Assembly: GCF_006345805.1 (NCBI RefSeq)
Contig: NC_043015.1
Coordinates: forward strand, 48,856,001-48,920,000
Reading direction: 5' to 3'
DNA length: 64,000 nt
Source: Octopus sinensis
Lineage: Eukaryota
This document shows positions 11,639 to 24,749 of the stretch, piece by piece. The notes beneath the pieces were generated by a model. The model saw nothing but the letters and a program-made list of their open reading frames with translations, had not been told where the DNA came from and ran no database searches. A program made the position numbers and the translations under genes. Each line of letters opens with the position of its first letter. The first letter of the stretch is position 1.

Positions 11639-11924
11639 AGAAAGAGTGGGGAGAACACTGGCTCACTGGCTCATATAGTGGGAAAGATAGAGGTAGTGAC
11701 ATTAGCTTTTATATATATGTATACGTAAAAAAAAAGAGAGAGAGAGAGTAAAGTATGTCACTGGTAGAAATAGCAATAATTAAGGTCAGGAGGGAGACCT
11801 AGTTGTCAGTGTGCCAATGTGATATCAGTAAAATGAAGCCTTTCCGTCTCGCCTGGTTATCATTTTACTCACTATCTCCCTATCGATTACACTTACTTTC
11901 TCTGTGGTTACCTTACTTGTTCAA

Positions 11925-12196
11925 ATAATAATAATAATAATAATAATTGTGTACAGTGCTCAGGTGCACTACAACTCATCTAAAGTGTATATATAATCAG
12001 GTGTAGTTTTGGCGGATTTCGGAAAGCATGAGGGCCTTAAAAGATGCAGTGTCATGGCAGTCAACAACTGACGCAGGCAGTTTATTCCATGCTTCAGCAA
12101 CTCTGAGCGTGAAAAAATGTTTCCGAAAGTCATGGGAGCTGTATTGTTTTCTGACTTTGTAGGCATGTCCATGTGTGTTAGACACATGGAGATCAC
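11925..12196 (-). mobile_element. CR1-clade LINE 3' end with (ATT)n tail
   Basis: YKVRKQYSSHDFRKHFFTLRVAEAWNKLP on the minus strand, followed by a trinucleotide tail. Confidence 0.75.
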
Positions 12197-12544
12197 AAAC
12201 GCTATTGTACTTTAGAAGTCTTTGACCTCGAAAATAATCCTTTCTGTTATAGGCACAAGGCCAGAAATTTTTTAGGTGGGTGGGGTTTGTTTGTTGATTA
12301 CATTGATCCCCAGTGTTCAACTGGTACTCATTTCGTTGACTCTGAAAGAATGAAAGGCAATGTTAGCTTCAGTGGAATTTGAAATCAGAACATAATGGCA
12401 GATGAAATGTTTTTAGGCATTTTGTCAGGTGTGTTAAGAATTTTGCCAGCTTACTGCTTTATTCTAAAGAACAGTAATGGAATGTTGATTGTCTGTTTCA
12501 CTTTGTCAGCTTCAGATTCATTTAGAACAAGACTTTGAGTCTCT

Positions 12545-12757
12545 CTTTACTCTTTTACTCTTTTACTTCTTTCAGTCATTCGACTGCGGCCATGCTGGAG
12601 CACGGCCTTTAGTCGAGCAAATCGACCCCGGGACTTATTCTTTGTAAGCCCAGTACTTATTCTATCAGTCTCTTTTGCCGAACCGCTAAGTGACGGGACG
12701 TAAACACACCAGCATCGGTTGTCAAGCAATGCTAGGGGGACAAACACAGACACACAA

Positions 12758-12796
<39 letters not shown>

Positions 12797-12955
12797 CGAC
12801 AGGCTTCTTTCAGTTTCCGTCTACCAAATCCACTCACAAGGCATTGGTCGGCCCGGGGCTATAGCAGAAGACACTTGCCCAAGATGCCACGCAGTGGGAC
12901 TGAACCGGAACCATGTGGTTGGTTAGCAAGCTACTTACCACACAGCCACTCCTGC
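12545..12955 (-). mobile_element. SINE family A copy
   Basis: High similarity to 4816-5197 and 26585-27015. Confidence 0.85.
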
Positions 12956-13086
12956 GTCTGTGTATATCACAAGCCAAATCTGTTGATTTTATAAACAGAG
13001 ACCTTCAAGGCCACCCTTCAATGGGGCCATACCAATCATGTCTCTTTTAACAGAAAAAAAAAAAAAAAAAAAAAATTCAAGCACTT

Positions 13087-14751
13087 CCCATATACGAAAA
13101 CACCACAGCACCACACTCTTCCTTAACATGAGTATCACTCAGACTTTTCACAGTCACTCCAGATTTTTGACTTGACTATAGCTAAGCCCACTTTGGAGCC
13201 AGAAAATATTTCGGGCCCCAACACCTACTGACACTCCAAAAGACTTGAGTGAAGCTTAAAATTGAGTACCACTCCAACATCAAGAATGATACTACTGACA
13301 TCCTGGACACCATTCCAAGATGGGACCTCAGCTAATTGATATTCCGTCACTTCTGTCTCTGACTCCCCCATATACGAAAACACCATAGCACCACACTCTT
13401 CCTTAACATGAGTATCACTCAGACTTTTCACAGTCACTCCAGATTTTTGACTTGACTATAGCTAAGCCCACTTTGGAGCCAGAAAATATTTTGGGCCCCA
13501 ACACCTACTGACACTCCAAAAGACTTGAGTGAAGCTTAAAATTGAGTACCACTCCAACATCAGGAATGATACTACTGACATCCTGGACACCATTCCAAGA
13601 TGGGACCTCAGCTAATTGATATTCCGTCACTTCTGTCTCTGACTCCCCCATATACGAAAACACCATAGCACCACACTCTTCCTTAACATGAGTATCACTC
13701 AGACTTTTCACAGTCACTCCAGATTTTTGACTTGACTATAGCTAAGCCCACTTTGGAGCCAGAAAATATTTTGGGCCCCAACACCTACTGACACTCCAAA
13801 AGACTTGAGTGAAGCTTAAAATTGAGTACCACTCCAACATCAAGAATGATACTACTGACATCCTGGACACCATTCCAAGATGGGACCTCAGCTAATTGAT
13901 ATTCCGTCACTTCTGTCTCTGACTCCCCCATATACGAAAACACCATAGCACCACACTCTTCCTTAACATGAGTATCACTCAGACTTTTCACAGTCACTCC
14001 AGATTTTTGACTTGACTATAGCTAAGCCCACTTTGGAGCCAGAAAATATTTCGGGCCCCAACACCTACTGACACTCCAAAAGACTTGAGTGAAGCCTAAA
14101 ATTGAGTACCACTCCAACATCAGGAATGATACTACTGACATCCTGGACACCATTCCAAGATGGGACCTCAGCTAATTGATATTCCGTCACTTCTGTCTCT
14201 GACTCCCCCATATACGAAAACACCATAGCACCACACTCTTCCTTAACATGAGTATCACTCAGACTTTTCACAGTCACTCCAGATTTTTGACTTGACTATA
14301 GCTAAGCCCACTTTGGAGCCAGAAAATATTTCAGGCCCCAACAGCTACGGACACTCCAAAAGACTTGAGTGGAGCCTAAAATTGAGTACCACTCCAACAT
14401 CAGGAATGATACTCCAGGGATTCCCTGACTTGCGCGAGCCAACTTTTGATACCGAGTGTTCAGGTTGCACGAGTTGTATTCTCGACTTGCACTTGTTGTA
14501 AAAATACTTATTATCTATGGTTGCATTGCCTTGTCTGTTATCTTTCTCCAAGTGTTTCTTTAATATAACAATATTTAGCAGTTATCCCGGAAAATATTTA
14601 TAGAAGACAATATCTGGTATTTGACTTGTGCGAATTTCGAATTGCGTGTCCCCCAATTACTCACGCAAGTCGAGGAATCCCTGTACTGACATCCTGGACA
14701 CCATTCCAAGATGGGACCTCAGCTAATTGATATTCCGTCACTTCTGTCTCT
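13087..14751 (+). repeat. 280-bp tandem repeat x5 (fifth copy interrupted by a MITE)
   Basis: Units start at 13087, 13367, 13647, 13927 and 14207; four near-identical 70-aa ORFs occur at 280-bp spacing. Confidence 0.95.
14415..14683. mobile_element. 269-bp MITE, TIR CAGGGATTCC
   Basis: CAGGGATTCCCTGACTTGCGCGAG / CTCACGCAAGTCGAGGAATCCCTG; inserted at a TA of the repeat unit (flanks TC / TA). Confidence 0.85.
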
Positions 14752-15976
14752 GGCCCCACAGCTGCACTGTCTCTGCTGTCTTTCTCTTTTCTATCCCTAT
14801 TATAACAGCCTTATCTCCTCAATGTTGGCCGATCCACTCATTTCTCCACCACGACAAAATTCCATCATGGCTTTCATTCTCATGTGATTCATGCATTCAA
14901 CTACAATTTTAAAGCCCAATTATTTCATCAACCTACATTATTTCCTTTCTATTGCTCAGCTATATTTCTTTATTATTCCAGTTCTCTCTGTTATTTACAT
15001 TAGTCTGGCCTAATTCTTATTTATTTGAATAAACAAAGTGAGATCATGTGGATAGTTTTATTGAAACTTCTACCTTTGTTTTATGACTTAGGTTTGATTG
15101 ATCAGGTGTCAGTTTAACGTGATACACAGGTTCCTCCAAAAGAACTTCTAGAGTAATGTTAGTCAAAAGGGTACATAGCTAAGAGATCAGGGTGTCTCTT
15201 CCAACTGAGCCACTACTTCCCTGCTTCGAGGGGTTACAGCTCTGGTGCTATTGTCATGTGATTAGAATGTCACAAAAAAGAATTACAAGATGAATTCTTC
15301 AAGCTAAGCCAACCAGCAGGAGACAAAGGGGTAGATGTTTTTGATACCACCTTGTACACATACAACTTTGTAACTCCTGTTAGCAAATGAAACATCTGTA
15401 ATGGTGAATGAATAATACCAAAAAATTCTTTCCAATCTCCTCTTTATATATATATATATATATATATCATAATCATCTTTTAATATCCATTGTTCGTGCT
15501 GGCATGGGTTGCATGGTTTAAGCAAGGCTGGTAAGCTGAGGGGCTGCAGTAGACTCCAGTCTGATTTGGCTTGGTTTCTTCGGATGGATGCCCTTCCTAA
15601 TTCCAACCACACTGAGAGTGTAATGGGTGCTTTTGCATGACACCAGTATGTGCCACAACTAAAATTTCACTTGGCTTGATGGGTCTTCTCCCCTGGCACG
15701 GCATATTGCCTAAGGTCTCAGTCATTTGTCATTGCCCCCATGAGGCCCAATGCGCTAAAGGTACTTTTTACATGCCACCAGCACAGGTGCCAGTTATGCA
15801 ACGTTGGCATCAGCCTCCTTGCCTCCGTGCGACCCAATGCTCAACAGGTGCTTTTTACGTACCACATATAATGTGCGTATATGTATGTATACTAAAATGT
15901 TATACAGCAGTCAAGGGTGAAACTATAATGAACATTAAATGATGATGATTGTGTGTGTGTGCATATATATAGTGTA

Positions 15977-16192
15977 AGGCGGCGAGCTGGCAGACACGTT
16001 AGCACGCCGGGCGAAATGCTTAGCAGTAATTCGTCTGTCATTATGTTCCAAGTTCAAATTCCACCGAGGTCGACTTTGCCTTTCATCCTTTTGGGGTCGA
16101 TAAATAAAGTACCAGTTTCGCACTGGGGGTCGATGTAATCGAATTAATCCCTTTGTCCGTCCTGTTTTAGCCCCTTGTGGGCAGTAAAGAAA
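15977..16192 (+). mobile_element. SINE family B (GGCGGCGAGCTGGCAGA...GCCTTTCATCCTTTCGGGGTCGATAAA)
   Basis: tRNA-like head with a GTTCAAATTCC B box; further copies at 16631, 25480(-), 29600, 40390(-), 57780 and 59560. Confidence 0.8.
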
Positions 16193-19122
16193 TATATATA
16201 TATATATAGTACATATAAAGACTACCTCCACAAAACAAAAAGGTTAAAATCCCTAATATATTAATCAAACTGCTTGTAGACCAATGAACACCTAGATAGA
16301 AACATACAACCTTTACTTAAATACTTTGGTGAAAATCAAAGCACATGCAAAACAACTTTCTGTACTAACAAAGCCATGACATGCCTGATTAATAACTCCA
16401 ACCTCACAAATGAAAACAAGAAATACCCTAGATAACAACAACAAGTAAAGAATTGACTGGCTTAACCCTTAAGCATTCAGATTACTCTATCAAATGTAAT
16501 GTTTATTTTATCCCCATTGTATTGATTTAACCATGCATTATCTCATAGTTTGAGGTTTCCAAAAGGTGACTGTTTATTTTTAGAATGACATTGTAGAGTA
16601 GGTGTGAGAGACTACACATGGCCAATTATATGGCGGCGAGCTGGCAGAACCGTTAGCACGCCGGGTGAAATGCGTAGCTGTATTTCGTCTGCTGCTACGT
16701 TCTGAGTTCAAATTCCGCCGAGGACTACTTTGCCTTTCATCCTTTTGGGGTCGATAAATTAAGTACCAGTTATGCACTGGGGTCAATGTAATCGACTTAA
16801 TCCATTTGTCTGTCCTTGTTTGTCCCCTCTGTGTCTAGCCCCTTGTGGGTAGTAAAGAAATATACACATGGCCAATTTGAATGTCAAAACAGATAGAATA
16901 TTCGGGCTGGATATGATCGGTTTAAATGGTAAAGAGTTTAAACTTATCACCAACATCCTTTTGGAACACAAAGTTGACACACCCAATTACAAATGGCTTA
17001 AATACTGGACTTTGTACCTTTGATTTTTACATTGTCAGAGCAAAAGGATTAAATCCAACAATACCAAGAGCAACAAAATTACTCTCACACCTCCTGTCTA
17101 CCTGACAAAATTCCACATGCATGAATGAATTCTTAACACTAACATAACCCCAAATTTAATCAATTAAAAAATTTTCCCAAACACTTGTCCATGACAACCT
17201 ACCACAAAAGCCTAATTACCACCCAACTCAAACCCACACACCCAAAGAAAATATATGAAGTTCAAACTAACTCTAATAAAGGTCTCCCTCCTTACCTAAT
17301 GTCTTGGCTAGCAAAAACTTCGAAGTCACAGTCAACAACATTCTTGTTTAAGAATAATAAATTTGTACTCTACAAAAGTACAGAGTAATCCATCAGATTA
17401 AAGTAAAACTGTTTTTAATATAACTGAACATAAAAACAAACAATATATTACATGTATGTATACTAAAATATAATACAAATTAGTGGTGAATGTGTGTGTA
17501 TGTATATATATATATATATGCATGTATGTATAAACACAAACATACCTGTTATAGTTTGTAGGGTAACAACTATGAACAGCAAGACAAATCCATCTCGTTT
17601 CTTTAACATCTTTGTTAAGACTTATCCAAAAACAGACTTGACTGAGGATTGATTTCAGATTTGTGTTGGGCAAGTTTTTACAATAATATCCACAGAAAGA
17701 GTTTACAAACAGCTGAGAAAAGCAAGCAAGTTGTGTAGAATAAGTTATTTTTGAAAGTATTGATTTTTTTCTTTTATTAACGAGAAGTTGAAATTACTTT
17801 ACATCTTCACCTGAAACACTTTATATTGACTTTTTATAGTTGTATTTGTCTTCACAGTGAAACATGACACAAAGGAAATTAGCAAACAAAACAATGTCAA
17901 CAGACTGATTTCTATAGTGAGATGGTTTGAAGTTTGGTAGGACAAAATTAATTACCTTCATTTGACCCATGGAAAAGCGGACATTAAAATTGTGGTCATG
18001 GTGGTGATGATTGAATGAGGTGAGCGGGATGAAGTAGAGTTTTGAAGTAAAATGGACCCAATGGATGGTTCAACAGCTGAAATAAGCAAATAAAAGGAAA
18101 AATTGATAAAGGAATAAACCAATGGGAGACTGCGATTGTATGATGCATAAATGGTATCTATAAAAGTAGCCTTTGAGGACTCAGTTATTTTTGGTGTTGT
18201 AGATGGAGTAGGAATGAGAGTTTGTGGACGTCTTTAGAATAATAATGTAAAAGTTCAACAATCAGACATTCTGCATGGATGGATGTTTAGTGCTGAAAGC
18301 TGGGATGTGGAGCCAGGGTTCACCTTCACCCTGTGTCAATCGATGATGATCATGTACGAGTCAGTCACCATGCATCCCTTCCCTGGTCATACACTGCAAA
18401 CACCTACTTACTATATCCCCATATTCTTTCATTTGAAGTTCACAGCCGTTGTATAAGCAACATGACAACACTTAGATTGGCAACACTTAGATTGTGACAG
18501 TTTATATTTTATTTCATAATAATGTGTTGGCCATAGGAAGTTGATGCCTAGAGTTCATGACAGTTCATCTTGTTTTATGTCCAGACGCCATATGGTTTTT
18601 ATGTTGAAGTAATGAGATGCATTCCAATACAGAACATAGACAAGGCAGCGAGTTGGTAGAATTGTTTGTACACTGGACTAAAGCCTGGTAGCATTTTTGT
18701 CTGTCTTTATGTTCTGAATTCGAATTCTGCTGAGGTTGACTTTACTGTCCATCCTTTCGGGGTCGATAAAAAAAGTACCAGTTGAAAACTGGAGGGTCAA
18801 AGTAATCAACTTAAAACCCTCCCTTGAAATCGCTGGTCTTGTGGCAGAATTTGAAACCAAAATAAAAACATGGATATAGATGTAGATGTCTTGATTGTAA
18901 GGTCTTGGTGTTTGATATAGGGGTTGAAGAGAAAAGGGATATTAGAGAAAGGGAAGGGGATTATAGTATGCATTCATCCCCTAATATGGAGATTGTTGGA
19001 GTCATTAGGGTGTTCAGTGGATATATTAATGTTGGTGGGGATGGGGTTTGAGAAAACAAGGGAGATAACTTATACTTACCACAGCCACTATCATCGTTTA
19101 ACGCCTGCCTTCCATGCTGACA

Positions 19123-19155
<33 letters not shown>

Positions 19156-19605
19156 ACCAATCTATCTATCTGGCGTTATGAAGGGCATCCAGCTGTAGAA
19201 ACACTGCCAGATCAGACTGGGCCTGGTGCAGCCTCCTGGCTTCCCAGACCCCAGTCGAACCATCCAACACATGCTAGCATGGAAAGCGTACGTTAAACGA
19301 TGATGATACACGTGTGTGTGTGTGTATGAGTGTATCAGCAGTATCATCATTATCTTGATCAGTATTATTGCTTTAATGTCTACTTTTCCATGCTTGCATG
19401 CATTGTTGTCATCATCATCATCATCACTCTCTGGATATTAGTGTCTTGAGTCCTGGAACTTTACCTCCCCACAAATTGCTGCCCTTGTGACAAAATTTGA
19501 AACCATTATTATTGAGTGAGAGAGCAGTGCATGCCATCAAAGTGACACTGGGGTAAAAATATACGAAGCCCAGTATACCCATCATGACTACCTATCTGAT
19601 AAGGG

Positions 19606-20735
19606 TGCAGCATACCCTTAGTGAAATCCTCTCTCTCTGACATATATAACATAAATATGGTCGTAGCAGATAACAGCTAATCTTTGGCCGCTTAGGCCCA
19701 GTTGTGTCCACTGCTCTGATTGACTGGTATTGGCGCAGTTTGTCTCTTGCTGTATTACGCAACACTGTGCAAACCAACCAATCGCAATTTCTGATAAGGT
19801 CCCGTGACACAGTCTTCTAAATGCTCCGTTTGAGCCTATAATTTGCTATAAAAGCTTCAGCAATTCACCCTATCTTATCTTTGGCTCTAGACCTTCTAAG
19901 GTCTAGTCACTGACCACAGAGCGACACAGCCAGTTCCCGCAACAGACAACACCAGCAGCATTTCAGGACCTCTACCATCATCGCCTTCATCTTAACGATG
20001 CCTCTATCTCTGTCGCCTTCATCTTAATGTCGTCTCCACCACCGTTGCCTTCATCTTAACGACGACACCAACATCAATATGAACACAGCAACTCGCCCAG
20101 GTTTAACTTCCCACTGTTTGTGAATACTTCCCCATGGTTAACAGTAAGCTCAACCTGCGAGAACCTTCTGTACCAAGTAACCCGGGACAGCATAGAAGCC
20201 ACAACCGCTACACGACATGTAGTAACTGGCTCTGCCTTGCTCGCCTCAACCTCATTGTTACAGAACCACTACTGTGGTGCAATTTATTACGAACTGGTAT
20301 TATCTATCTTCAGTGTGTCTGAACTTCTAACGCCCTGATGTAGACTTTCTATTGCTCTGTATTTTATCTCACACGCATACACCCTTGTTTGTACACACAT
20401 ACACATTATATATACTTGACAGCCTGTCTATTATTATTGTTCTTATGTACTTATGGCTAACACACAGACACACTCAGCTAGCACTCATACACGTTGTTGT
20501 ATGCATGACGGTTTGTTTATTACTATTGTTCTTATATATGTATTTATGTAGAACACACACTCTGCTACCACATAAATAAAACCTTTCTCTTAACATTTAC
20601 GGTCGTGTCGCCTCCTTATTCTTTCTGGCACTCTTATTCATATATCCATATTTTGGCTTTTATTCCAAGGCGACCATGCAGTGTTTAAAGGAGTCATTCA
20701 TTCGTCACCTCTCCTTTTCGCGTGGTCCTTCTGCA
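19606..20735 (+). mobile_element. Solo LTR (1130 bp), Gypsy-type by TSD length
   Basis: TGCAG...CTGCA termini; 4-bp TSD AGGG (19602-19605, 20736-20739); TATAAAA near 19847 and AATAAA near 20575; interrupts another repeat. Confidence 0.8.
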
Positions 20736-21227
20736 AGGGTACACTAGGCACATGCATCACAACCATATGTGTGTGACATGGTGATCTCATATCAAGATAA
20801 ACAGCACATGACCTTGCAGGTGGGGCCCAGTTAGAATTTTCTTCTGGTCGAGTAACCCATCCTGCTCAAAAGGTCCCTGAATAAGGGCTGTTTAATGATG
20901 TTGAACGAAACACCCATGTTTCCAGAGGTGAATTATTCAAACACCAAAGGATCCCTCTCAACACATGGCTATGATGCTCCCTCACTACTTCTGCTCGTGA
21001 TCAGAGATGCACATATCGTCAGCCACTAAGGGACATGCTCAACTCGTTACGGGCAAACAACTGACAAGCAAATCTGTGGTATTGAGCAGAATATTTGCTG
21101 TAGCCCATCTTTTATACCAAGACAAAACAATGTACACGATAATACTTCCAATCAGTTAAGATCAGAAGCCACTGCCTGGTACTGCATCAAGGCATCTTCT
21201 TCTTCTTATTATTATTAAAGGTAGGTG

Positions 21228-21790
21228 AAGGCGGCAAGCTGGCAGAGTCGTTAGCATGCCGGGCGAAATGCTTAGCGATATTTCGTCAGCTGCTACGTTC
21301 TGAGTTCAAATTCAGCCGAGGTCAATTTTGCCTTTCATCCTTTCGGGATCAATTAAATAAGTACCAATTACGCACTTGATTATCATATAATAGACTTAAT
21401 CCGTTTGTCTGTCCTCTCTGTGTTTAGCCCCTTGTGGGTAGTAAAGAAATAGGTATTTCGTCTGCTGCTACGTTCTGAGTTCAAATTCCGCCGAGGTCGA
21501 CTTTGCCTTTCATCCTTTCAGGGTCGATTAAATAAGTACCAGTTACGCACTGGGATTGATATAATTGACTTAATTCGTTTGTCTGTCCTTGTTTGTCCTC
21601 TCTGTGTTTAGCCCCTTGTGGGTAGTAAAGAAATAGGTATTTCGTCTGCCACTACGTTCTGAGTTCAAATTTCTATTGAGGTTGATTTTGCCTTTCATCC
21701 TTTTGGGGTCGATAAATTGAGTACCAATGAAACACTGAGGTGTAAGCAACTATACCCCTCCCCACAAATTTAAGGCCTTGTGCCAATAAT
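21228..21790 (+). mobile_element. SINE family B with a triplicated 184-bp body
   Basis: Junction AAAGAAATAG|GTATTTCGTC at 21452 and 21636. Confidence 0.8.
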
Positions 21791-22179
21791 AGAAAGGATT
21801 ATTATTAAAGGTGGGTGAATGTCAGAAAAATGGCCGGTGTGAAAGGACCCATTTTAAGTATGCGCCTGTGAAAAACAAGAGAAGGGTTCCTGCCCTGTTG
21901 GTCAGGAACCCGTGGTTTTTGTGGGGTTTTCCACGAGTAGCCTTAAAACGTTCCCCCACTATTGGGTATTTTATTTGTTCAATTTTCAAACTTTCTTATG
22001 TTAAAACCCTGTGCCGACCAAAGTCTTGTGAGCAGATTTGGTAGATAGAAATTTTGAGTTCATAGAAGCCCATCATGTGTGTGTGTGTCTATCTATGTGA
22101 ATGTTCGTTTCCCACCACCGCTTATTTATTGGTGCTGGTTTGTTGTTTAGGTCCCAGCAATATAGTGGTTCGGCAAATG

Positions 22180-23014
22180 GGATCTTTTCGGTTTGAATGG
22201 CAGTTTTTTCTAGTGGTGTCATATGAAATTGTCACCCATAATTATGACCCTATTATCGATCTATTGCATTTCAATCTATTTTAGGGTTAGAGTTAGAGTT
22301 AGTTAGGGTTAGGGGAAGGGTATCTTTTTTGGTTTGGCATCAGTTACAGCTGAGTGCGGTAAGTGTTGTTTTGTCTTAATGAAAATGAACCTTCATTCAC
22401 CCCCCCCCCCTTTCATCCTCTCACAATCAAGATAGTCACCTTTCTTTTGCTAATTCTTCTCTGCCAGTATTTCCCAACCTATTTTCTATCACGCACCACT
22501 ATAATTTTCCAGCAAAATGTATGCTTCACTGGTGATTATACTTTCCTTAAAGAAATATCCACATATCCACACTAGGGCATTAGAATAGCACTGTTCTGGG
22601 ATCTTTTCGGTTTGAACGGCAGTTTTTTCTAGCGGTGTCATATGAAATTGTCACCCATAATTATGACCCTAGTATCGATCTATTGCATTTCAATCTGTTT
22701 TAGGGTTAGGGTAAGGGTTAAGGTTAGAGTGGGGGGAAGGGTATCTTTTTTTCTTCACAAATGTAAATAAACCCAATCTGTTTCTTAAACGAGGGACATA
22801 TTCATACGGCACAGAATGTTTTCACCTCAATAGACGTTATTGATCGGTTGAAATTGCAGAAATTGAAGAAAAAAAACAACAAATATCTTACAAACTATAG
22901 AATTTTCTCAATAGAGCCAAGAGAAAAAGATGTTTTATAAACACATTCTACCAGTATACGAAGTTTAAAAGTGTTTAGTTACGTGGAAATTATTTTTAAA
23001 AACCGAAAAGATCC
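22180..23014 (+). mobile_element. Composite hAT-type MITE carrying a fragment of the carrier gene's first coding exon and intron (Pack-TIR-like)
   Basis: Partial MITE 22180-22330, host copy 22331-22598 (matches 32870-33141), full MITE 22599-23014; single 8-bp TSD GGCAAATG at 22172-22179 and 23015-23022. Confidence 0.9.
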
Positions 23015-23740
23015 GGCAAATGACCAACAGAATAAGTCCCAGACTTTAAAAAAAATAATAAATACTGGAGTCGATTTTACGACTAAAACCTTCGAGGTGG
23101 TGCTCCAACATAGTCGCAGTCCAACGCTTAAAACGGATAAATGATGAATTGATTATTTATTCACTATAAATGTTGGATGTACTTTAGTAAACAACGCCAC
23201 GCGTTTAAAGAGACGAACCGGTGTATAATAAGAAAAGGTAGCAACGTAAAAATATACCGTGTAAACAGTGAAAGTTGAAATGACATTTAAACTTAGTAAT
23301 CTAATTCCAATAAAACTTCGTGTCTAGGAAGTAGAACTGAGGAGTGTGGTGGACAAACGAGGCATGCCAAAGACTAGAGTGTCCTTAGAAAACATCGTAA
23401 AAAAGACAAAGAAAAAGGGATTCTTTTGAATGAAATTTTTTACAAATATTTTTCAGCTGGTGTAGGTGTGTAGATCATAATTATATCGGAAAAATGTGAA
23501 AAAAAAAAAAAAGAAAAAAAAAGGTAAGCGCACACACATACATACTGACACATATCACATGAATAATTGAATAATTACATAATGAAACTTGAAATTCTCA
23601 ACCATTTTTCACTTTTAGAACCTTGATTCCTATTTTTCTTTGCAGGATCCCACTAACCATTCGCTGTTAAAAAAAATCTTATTATATTTTTATAATTAAA
23701 TATTATTAGGAATTGTATAAAAAAAATTGCTAAAATGTTT

Positions 23741-23895
23741 GGATCTTTTCCTTTTGAACGACGAAATATCTTACAAACTATAGAATTTTCTCAATAAAGC
23801 CAAGAAAAAATGATGTTTTATAAACACATTCTACCAGTATACGAAGTTTAAAAGTGTTTAGTTAGCTAGAAATTGTGTTGACATGGAAAAGATCC
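23741..23895. mobile_element. 155-bp deletion derivative of the hAT-type MITE
   Basis: TIRs GGATCTTTTCC / GGAAAAGATCC; 8-bp TSD AAATGTTT on both sides. Confidence 0.85.
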
Positions 23896-24239
23896 AAATG
23901 TTTTGTGTATTGTAGAAGTATAAGCAATTTATTGCACATATATTTGAACAAAATCTTATATGGACCCCCAGTTCAGAACAATAATTGATCAATGCTATCA
24001 GAAAGAAACTTGTAGAAAACTTCATTAAAAAAAATATCTATTTTTCTGAATGTTATGCGGGGTGATTGGAATATCATCTGAAAAGTATTTGTGGAAAATT
24101 TCTTCCAAAAATATCCATTTTTTTCTAAAGTTACAATGAAACAGTCTATGGGGCACGTTTATGTAGTTATGCATAGGACGTTTCGCTATAATTAGTCCGT
24201 ACGTGAACTGGTACATCACTTTCACACCAACCACGTGGA

Positions 24240-24314
24240 CAATAACTTCCGTCTTTGATCTCCGCTTTAATTAAGAAAGCACCCTTGCATTCGTCTCGCA
24301 CTTCGCATAGCACG
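24240..24314 (+). promoter_or_regulatory. Candidate promoter / non-coding first exon of the carrier gene
   Basis: Locally CpG-richer unique DNA, ETS-like ACTTCCG at ~24245, donor-like CACG|GTGAGC at 24314/24315; inference only. Confidence 0.3.
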
Positions 24315-24749
24315 GTGAGCTTCCTTATTTACATTACGAATCTCCTCATATAGACGGAATTATTTCTATTGTCATTGCTTTTAATTTTGTGAATGTTTTC
24401 TATTGTCGTTGCTTTAAATTTCTTGTATTATTTAATTTCTTTTGTCATTGCTTTTAATTTTGTGATTTTTATTTACAGTCAAAACACTACAAGTCATAAT
24501 TGATTAAACACGTTTATTTTATTTTTGAAATGTAAACTTTCTGGAGTACCCCCTCCGATTTTGTTTCCTCATAACTTCCAGAAAGATGGGTATTTTCTAA
24601 TGAAATTTTCTATAGTTATTTTCCAAGGGATGTAGATTACAATTGTATTGGAATTTTAATGCGAAAAAAAAAAAAAAATTGGTTTTCGTGCATACAAAAC
24701 GAACACTTATAATTTTCCTTAAAATTTGAAGTTTCATTTTGTAGATATA

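Larger units (their letters stand above)
12990..14830 (+). mobile_element. Decayed LINE reverse transcriptase C-terminal fragment, internally amplified
   Basis: Frameshifted peptides INRDLQ/LQWGHTNHVSFNRKK, ARKYFGPQHLLTLQKT*VKLKIEYHSNI and DILDTIPRW resemble the CR1/Jockey-group RT thumb (LLTLYK..VRPKLEY..IW, LD.IQ). Confidence 0.6.

Noticed and set aside
13225-14277. Four near-identical 70-aa ORFs, or a CRISPR-like array
   Set aside because: Antisense by-products of the 280-bp tandem repeat; no unique spacers, and the context is eukaryotic.
22331-22358. Alternative first coding exon of the carrier gene
   Set aside because: Lacks the ATG and acceptor; it is the MITE-captured duplicate.
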